From an uncultured Sunxiuqinia sp. (lineage in GTDB: Bacteria; Bacteroidota; Bacteroidia; Bacteroidales; Prolixibacteraceae), in contig CBDVCE010000013.1 in the NCBI GenBank assembly GCA_965372405.1, positions 3,777-67,776 of the forward strand: 64,000 nucleotides of DNA. Direction: 5' to 3'. Positions within the stretch are counted from its first letter, which is position 1. Every line of letters begins with the position of its first letter. Below are positions 57,914 through 64,000 of the stretch, piece by piece. Both the position numbers and the translations under genes were made by a program. A model generated the notes under the pieces. That model was given only the letters and a program-made list of their open reading frames with translations, searched no databases and was not told the DNA's origin.

Positions 57914-58993
57914 TCAGTTTTTAAACTTGAGAACATAACTCACCGTACAATTTCCTCCGTAAATATTAGTGCCAGATGGCGCATACAGATACTGAGGTTT
58001 CCCATCAATCAAAAGTATTTGGGGACGTTCAAATTTCGCATATCCTCTATTTTTAGACCCATAATGAACTGCAACTTCATCCATATTAATATCAGCATAA
58101 TAGTTGATTCGATGAAACCCTTTTTTGAAGGTATCGAAATGAATCCCATCATCCGAAGTCCAAAGAATACCTCCACCAGGCTCAATCATTCCATGGTTAT
58201 CAGTAGTCAGTAATGCAAACTTTCCATTATACATGAAAGCATATCCATCTTCTATATTTTGGTCATTAGCAGTTACTGGAAATGGTAATTGGACATAAGG
58301 ACCTTCAATATTCTCAGCAATAGCCAACCCCATGCGAGCTTTCTCTGATTTAAAATAAAGAAAGAAACCGCCATTAGGATGTTGTAAAAAAGCAGGATTA
58401 TTCACTCCATTACTTGCGTTGAAATTCCAATAGTCCCGATTTTTTGAAGGAGAAAGTATTTTCCCATTATCGCCAGCTTTTTCCCAGGGACCATATAAAC
58501 TATTTGAAACTGCCAGACATATATACTGATTTGAAGGATGCTCCTCAATTCCATCATTTACGATGTAAAATAAAGCGTACAAACTATCAACCTTATGAAT
58601 GGCCGGGTTATGCGGCGCATAAACTTTTCTGTTCTTGACTTTATGAATAGTAGGATTGCAGGGTGCTTTACTTTCTTTATTATCATTGATATCTCCTCTT
58701 ATAGCCACATCCGAAAAAACGAATGGTCCTTCAGGAGACTCTCCTACATAATGTGCAATTTCACTATGAGTTCGCCAGCCCGGATCAACTTTTAATTCGC
58801 CAGGCCATCGGGCTACAAACAAATGCACTTTCCCATCATCTCCCAAAATTGGAGATGTTCCCCAAATTGTAAAGCCAGGTTCCTCAACGGCAACGCCAAC
58901 AAACTCCCATTTATCTGCAAAAGTGCCGTTCTCCTGTGCAATTAAATCTAAATTCAGGGTGAGACACATGATTAAAACAATTATTCTGTACAT
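57914..58993 (-). CDS. GH43-like beta-propeller glycoside hydrolase
   Basis: VHLFVARW...HSEIAH...HNPAI...NNPA...EDG...FERP; paralogous to the N-half of 53996-56377. Confidence 0.8.
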   Translation of the reverse strand: MYRIIVLIMCLTLNLDLIAQENGTFADKWEFVGVAVEEPGFTIWGTSPILGDDGKVHLFVARWPGELKVDPGWRTHSEIAHYVGESPEGPFVFSDVAIRGDINDNKESKAPCNPTIHKVKNRKVYAPHNPAIHKVDSLYALFYIVNDGIEEHPSNQYICLAVSNSLYGPWEKAGDNGKILSPSKNRDYWNFNASNGVNNPAFLQHPNGGFFLYFKSEKARMGLAIAENIEGPYVQLPFPVTANDQNIEDGYAFMYNGKFALLTTDNHGMIEPGGGILWTSDDGIHFDTFKKGFHRINYYADINMDEVAVHYGSKNRGYAKFERPQILLIDGKPQYLYAPSGTNIYGGNCTVSYVLKFKN

Positions 58994-59028
58994 TTTTAAA
59001 GATTCAATAGAATTTAATATCGCATGAA

Positions 59029-61377
59029 TTAAAGTTTCACTTCAAAATATCCTTTTTCATTAATTTTAAAATTCCCAGAATTACCTTGATACTTAAATGT
59101 GCCAGAAGATGCAACTTCACCATAAATCTCAGCATGAATTAATTCACCATCTTTCCACTCCATGCTTATTTCATAGCCACCACGTGCTTTTAATCCCTTC
59201 ACGCTACCATTTTCCCAGCGTGTAGGTAATGCCGGTAATAACTCAATAATGCCAGAATGTGATTGGAGTAACAGTTCTGCAATACCAGCACAGCCACCCA
59301 TGTTACCATCCAATTGAAAAGGAGGATGCGCACACAAAAGATTGCTATAGCTACCACCACCATGAACCATCTCTGTTCCCTGACTTGCAGTAGGTCTTAA
59401 CAATCTTCTAAATAATTCATAGGCACGATCACCATCTTTCAACCTGGCCCAAAAATTTACTTTCCAGGCTAACGACCATCCTGTCCCACTGTCTCCACGA
59501 GCATTCAAGCTTACTTTTGTAGCTTCAGCCAATTCTGGATTCTCATCAATTGTTATCTGCTTGCCAGGATGCAAAGCATAAAGGTGAGACACATGTCTGT
59601 GTTTATTATCTAGAGAATCAACATCTTCTTTCCACTCCTGCAACTGTCCCCAATTTCCAATCATAGGAGGACATATTTTGTCACGAATAGCTATCGCTTC
59701 GTTCTTAAATTCATCATCAATATCCAAAACATCACATGCCTGCACGCAGTTATTCAATAAGTCCCATGCCATTTGATGATCCATTGATGCACCCGTTGAA
59801 ATACCACCGTGTTCTGGAGAATATGATGGACAAGAAACCAAGTATCCATTTTCATCTTCAATTAAATAGTCTATCCAAAATAAGGCAGCTTCCTTCATTA
59901 AAGGATAAGCAGTTTCTCTGAGATATTTCTCATCTTGAGTAAAATCATAATGCTCCCAGGCATGTTGACACAACCAAGCCGCTCCGCCTGGAAAAAATCC
60001 CCATGGAAATCCCCATCCAGGAGCAGTGAAGCCAAATGGATTATTCATTGTATTAACGATCCATCCACGCGTATTAAAGAATTCTTTAGCAGAAATTTTA
60101 CCCGGCTCAACCAAACTCTCCATATAATCAAAAAGTGGCAGATGACATTCGCCCAAATTGGTAATCTCAGCAGGCCAGTATAGCATTTGTTGATTAATGT
60201 TCATATGGTAATCACATGCCCACGGAGGATTTGTACTGTTATTCCATTTCCCTTGCAAATGCAGCGGCATGGCTCCTTTACGGGATGCTGCAATCATCAT
60301 ATAACGGCTATACTGAAAATAGAGCTGTTCTAAACCGCTGTCATTCGTACCATTTGCGTATTCAGCAAGTCGAATATCAGTAGGAATCGAATCTCTGCTG
60401 TTCTCTCCCAAATTTAGCTCTACACGGTCGAATAAATTCTTATAATCTTTCTGATGAGCCTCTCTAATTTTTTCATAAGACTGACCTTCGAGTTTTAATA
60501 ATGCTTCTTTATTCTCCTCCAGAAAATCATTTCCTTTATACTTAGGATATTCCAATGTGTATTCAGTTGCAGCAACATGATAAATAGTAAGTGATTTTGC
60601 TGAAGAAATTTCAATTTTGCCATTTTGAAAAATGACATCCCCGTCTGTTTCAATCTTCAAACAGGTTTCATATTGCATCCCATTGTCTGCAACTTCGCCC
60701 TGATATGAATAAATTGAGTTTGAAAAAGATTCACTGTTTTTCTGGTGAGGTGATTTATAACTAATAGAGTAATTGGTATTCGAACCACTCTCAAAGAGAT
60801 AAACCATCGATTTATTCGGATAGCTCCCAAAATACGTTCGCTTATATTCAATCCCATCTATTTCATAGGACACTCTCCCCTCTGCATTTTCAATGTCCAG
60901 CTCACGAATATAATTCACTGGTTCACCCGTATGTTCTATGTTGATAAAAAGGTCACCCATTGTTTGTTGTGCTCCATAGTCTCCAAACATTGAACCACCC
61001 TCTTTTTTATGGATTACACCCGTCAATTGACTACTTGCTAATTTATGAGCTTCATCCATTTTCCCTGAGGCTAATAACTCCCGAACCTGTGATAAATATT
61101 TCCAGGCATCTTTTCTATTTCCGTAGTTGTAATCTTCATTTGAGGCAGGACCTCCACTCCACAATGAGCCTTCTGAAAACTGAATCTGTTCAGTTTCAAC
61201 TCCTCCGAAGAACATTGCCCCCATATAGCCATTCCCAAAAGGAAGCGCTTCTGTCATCCATTCTTTTGCAGGTTTATCATACCAAAGTCTCAGTCCTAAT
61301 TCTTTCTTTACTTCTGGCTTACAGCTCAATATGCATAGTATACCGATGAGCATAAGATATCTTGAAACGTTTCTCAT
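59029..61377 (-). CDS. GH95 alpha-L-fucosidase-like glycoside hydrolase
   Basis: [46 protein letters not shown]. Confidence 0.93.
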   Translation of the reverse strand: MRNVSRYLMLIGILCILSCKPEVKKELGLRLWYDKPAKEWMTEALPFGNGYMGAMFFGGVETEQIQFSEGSLWSGGPASNEDYNYGNRKDAWKYLSQVRELLASGKMDEAHKLASSQLTGVIHKKEGGSMFGDYGAQQTMGDLFINIEHTGEPVNYIRELDIENAEGRVSYEIDGIEYKRTYFGSYPNKSMVYLFESGSNTNYSISYKSPHQKNSESFSNSIYSYQGEVADNGMQYETCLKIETDGDVIFQNGKIEISSAKSLTIYHVAATEYTLEYPKYKGNDFLEENKEALLKLEGQSYEKIREAHQKDYKNLFDRVELNLGENSRDSIPTDIRLAEYANGTNDSGLEQLYFQYSRYMMIAASRKGAMPLHLQGKWNNSTNPPWACDYHMNINQQMLYWPAEITNLGECHLPLFDYMESLVEPGKISAKEFFNTRGWIVNTMNNPFGFTAPGWGFPWGFFPGGAAWLCQHAWEHYDFTQDEKYLRETAYPLMKEAALFWIDYLIEDENGYLVSCPSYSPEHGGISTGASMDHQMAWDLLNNCVQACDVLDIDDEFKNEAIAIRDKICPPMIGNWGQLQEWKEDVDSLDNKHRHVSHLYALHPGKQITIDENPELAEATKVSLNARGDSGTGWSLAWKVNFWARLKDGDRAYELFRRLLRPTASQGTEMVHGGGSYSNLLCAHPPFQLDGNMGGCAGIAELLLQSHSGIIELLPALPTRWENGSVKGLKARGGYEISMEWKDGELIHAEIYGEVASSGTFKYQGNSGNFKINEKGYFEVKL

Positions 61378-61544
61378 TTTTTAGAATTAACTGGTTTTTA
61401 AAGAATCTATAATCAAAAGTGATATTGATCAAATTTTTTCAAAATGATCTTTTGTATAAAAATAAGTACAATCGCATCTATAACTATCCTGCACTATATG
61501 TTCCAAATTCAAATTAATATCTCTTCAAATAAAAACGCACCTCA

Positions 61545-63998
61545 TTATTTACCTTCAATATAAATCAGCCAACCTTTTCGTGGTTCAATTGTAATTGAAT
61601 CCTCTAAACTCCATTCTTTTGCAGATTGAAAATCTTGAATTTCTGGTGCATACAATTTTACATTCTTCTGATTTAATCCCAATTCTTCGAATTCGATTTT
61701 CAAGGAAATTGTTTTTGGTGAATCCGAAAAATTACCTAGTGAAATCAATGATCGATCCTTCTTTTTATATACAGTTGCTTTAACATCCGGGTTATTCGTT
61801 GAAACCAATGCATTCTCGTTCCAAAAACCAATCATTTTAGCATCCTGAATCCCAAACTCATCCCAAATTTTCCAAACGGGACGCGGATCACAGGTGACGC
61901 CTTCCGTGTGCCATGGGTGACGAACAGTCATACCATACAACATGCCTAACCAACGATTACCACCTGCGTGAAGCATATCTCCCATTAAACCAAAAGGTAT
62001 ACCAGACACCTCTACCAACCAATTCTCAGGAGGCATTTTGTCGTAATGGAAACTCTCACCAAACCACAATTTATCCAGATACGGGAAAAACTCAGCATAT
62101 TGCATTGCTGGTCCTTTTGAAAATCCAGTGTTCGAATGCAGATCAAGCAAACATCCCGGTTTCGTATTATCAAGAACTTTTCGCATTCGTTTTATAATAC
62201 GCCGATCATAAGAAACATCATCCAAATACAATCCATCGATATCGACATTCACAACTAACCATTTTAAACCTTCAATATAATAGTTATACCAGCGTGAATC
62301 GCCCGGAGCATTTACAATAGATGCATCAGCACTTTTATCTGGAAACCATTGATACCACTGGGGACGATAACCAGTCACCAAGTGTTCGCGCAACCAAGGA
62401 TATCCACCACCATCACCGTCACCTAAAATTTCAGTTCCTAAACTACGAAGTGCCCAAATTTCGGTTGTATAGTTAGTCAACTCACGAATCGTATTGTAGA
62501 TTTTAACCTTCTGTCCTTTCTCATGCATTGAACTAACAAATCCTTTCATTTCATCAACAGCAACAAAAGGATAATTAATATGTGGGTTATACTCATTGGC
62601 ATGGTGAACATTTATAATTTTCACTCCAGCATTAAAATCTTCATCACGAGGCATAGGCTTTCCTCCATTATGATAGTAGCGATCGATGAACTGACTTTCA
62701 TAGTTTATTTCTTTTACGGGAGTCATTAGCATAGACCATTCAAATTCCAATTCAGCCCCTTTTTCTAAGTCATGGCTTCCACTAAAAACTATTGCTCTGA
62801 CTTCATTCTTATCAGTTTCAATTTTAAAACCACCTTTATTTCCATTAAACCAAGATTCCGGATATTCAGGATGGTATAAGTTCAACATTGGACCATGATA
62901 ATCACTGCCTCTTAGTTCACACCATATCCCAGCATTCGTATTTCCTATCCAGAAACTATCCTGTGGCCCGTTCCATTTTGCCTTATGTTGTTGGGGTACA
63001 TTTGTTCCTGGCAAATCCATTCCCATCATGTATTTTGCCACTTCTTTTTTAAATGGAATTTCCAGGCGGATATCTTTTGCATTAAAAGATTTTAATGCTT
63101 TTAACTTGATTTTATAATTTATATATCCGTCCGACTCAATTGTTCCAACACCTTCAATTTTAATATTTGCTGAAGTGCTCTCCCAAGTCCCTTTCATAAT
63201 GCCGGGTTTGTTTTTCAAAAGCTGAACATTCTCAGGGCTGGTAAATTTCTCCAACCCTTCTTTCGTTTCAACAACAAATGAGATTGGGCGACTTAAAATT
63301 TCTGTCTCTTTAACTTTTATTGAGCCAGGAAATCCATTTTCCGACATGGTCATTCTTTTTCCTGTAAACCCATAAGTCTGATTACCCAATACAGAAATCG
63401 CATTGAATGGTTTAGTTGGTTCATCATCAATTCCTAATGTTGAATTCAACCACCTTAGACGAGAATGTCTCCAGGTTTCACTATCGCCTCTATCTGCCAG
63501 AAATTTGTTTGTTATTTTTAAAGTGATATTGATGGATTGCGATTCAGAATTTTCTGCAGATATAGTTAGTTCTCCTTCATATTTCCCTTTTGGAATATAT
63601 TCATTTACATCAACCCCAATCCATAGTGGTTGAACATTGCCCTGTTTTACATCCACTTGTTTCACAAATGGTTCTCCATAAGGGTCAATTCCTTCAGTAT
63701 TAAAACAAGTAAAATAACCAGCTGGAATTTCAGAATCTCCATTCTTCAAAGAGGTGAATTCAACTTTCAAATCACTTAATTCTTTTTGAGCAGCATAAAC
63801 CCCCAACTGAAAAGCGTAATATTCATTCTTTTGCACTTCCCCTTCAAATTTAGTTCCGGGACCAGACATAATCCACTTATGAGAAAGTTCGTCCAGCATG
63901 CGAATCGGGAATTTCCGATCCTCAGGAAAAACAAGAAAATCTTCTTTATGAATAGCTAACAACGAATCTTTTTCAGATTGAAGCGCTATAATCTCCAT
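61545..63998 (-). CDS. DUF6067-like putative glycoside hydrolase (probably 5'-truncated by the window edge)
   Basis: WRHSRLRWLNSTLG, KVKIYNT, DGLYLDD, EVSGIPFGLMG motifs. No signal peptide at the first ATG, and the frame is open to the window end. Confidence 0.7.
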   Translation of the reverse strand: MEIIALQSEKDSLLAIHKEDFLVFPEDRKFPIRMLDELSHKWIMSGPGTKFEGEVQKNEYYAFQLGVYAAQKELSDLKVEFTSLKNGDSEIPAGYFTCFNTEGIDPYGEPFVKQVDVKQGNVQPLWIGVDVNEYIPKGKYEGELTISAENSESQSINITLKITNKFLADRGDSETWRHSRLRWLNSTLGIDDEPTKPFNAISVLGNQTYGFTGKRMTMSENGFPGSIKVKETEILSRPISFVVETKEGLEKFTSPENVQLLKNKPGIMKGTWESTSANIKIEGVGTIESDGYINYKIKLKALKSFNAKDIRLEIPFKKEVAKYMMGMDLPGTNVPQQHKAKWNGPQDSFWIGNTNAGIWCELRGSDYHGPMLNLYHPEYPESWFNGNKGGFKIETDKNEVRAIVFSGSHDLEKGAELEFEWSMLMTPVKEINYESQFIDRYYHNGGKPMPRDEDFNAGVKIINVHHANEYNPHINYPFVAVDEMKGFVSSMHEKGQKVKIYNTIRELTNYTTEIWALRSLGTEILGDGDGGGYPWLREHLVTGYRPQWYQWFPDKSADASIVNAPGDSRWYNYYIEGLKWLVVNVDIDGLYLDDVSYDRRIIKRMRKVLDNTKPGCLLDLHSNTGFSKGPAMQYAEFFPYLDKLWFGESFHYDKMPPENWLVEVSGIPFGLMGDMLHAGGNRWLGMLYGMTVRHPWHTEGVTCDPRPVWKIWDEFGIQDAKMIGFWNENALVSTNNPDVKATVYKKKDRSLISLGNFSDSPKTISLKIEFEELGLNQKNVKLYAPEIQDFQSAKEWSLEDSITIEPRKGWLIYIEGK

Positions 63999-64000
63999 CG

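Noticed and set aside
2971-63633. Numerous short antisense or alternate-frame ORFs in the track
   Set aside because: They lie inside long motif-supported genes and show no family signatures (shadow ORFs).

Overview
AT-rich Bacteroidota (Bacteroidia; Marinilabiliales/Marinifilaceae-like by inference) chromosomal window. No rRNA, tRNA or CRISPR array is visible. Seven blocks: (1) 1-5000, four same-strand 3'-end remnants of a group IIC intron, with extra hairpins in and beside domain V, interleaved with a membrane protein, a TPR protein and recQ. (2) An M28 peptidase and a nucleotidyltransferase. (3) A minus-strand operon: RPPP-ending leader ORF, TonB receptor, RhtX/FptX-like MFS, hemN, hemY/G, hemF, hemH (late haem steps only). 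(4) A NifB/NifX, DUF5320, DUF89, two MinD-ferredoxin ATPases, Mrp, DUF4405, ribA, CoA-disulfide reductase-rhodanese operon behind a palindromic operator. (5) An enlarged DUF4212 protein, a sodium:solute symporter and a TPR protein. (6) A CAZyme-free locus: [SusC-SusD-fasciclin]x2, DUF5007-like lipoprotein, an apparently inactive and an intact T9SS alkaline-phosphatase-family/LamG protein, LamG lipoprotein, TlpA, DUF2490, closed by a membrane-spanning LamG-AraC sensor. (7) The end of a fucose/galactose/sulfate glycan cluster (GH2, propeller-GH29 fusion, sulfatase, GH43-like, GH95, DUF6067-like). Best candidates for an undescribed system: block 6 (putative phosphoester-scavenging system with a pseudo-enzyme), block 3 (putative porphyrin salvage with a possible arrest-peptide leader) and block 1. 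All family assignments come from motif recognition by eye, not database searches.
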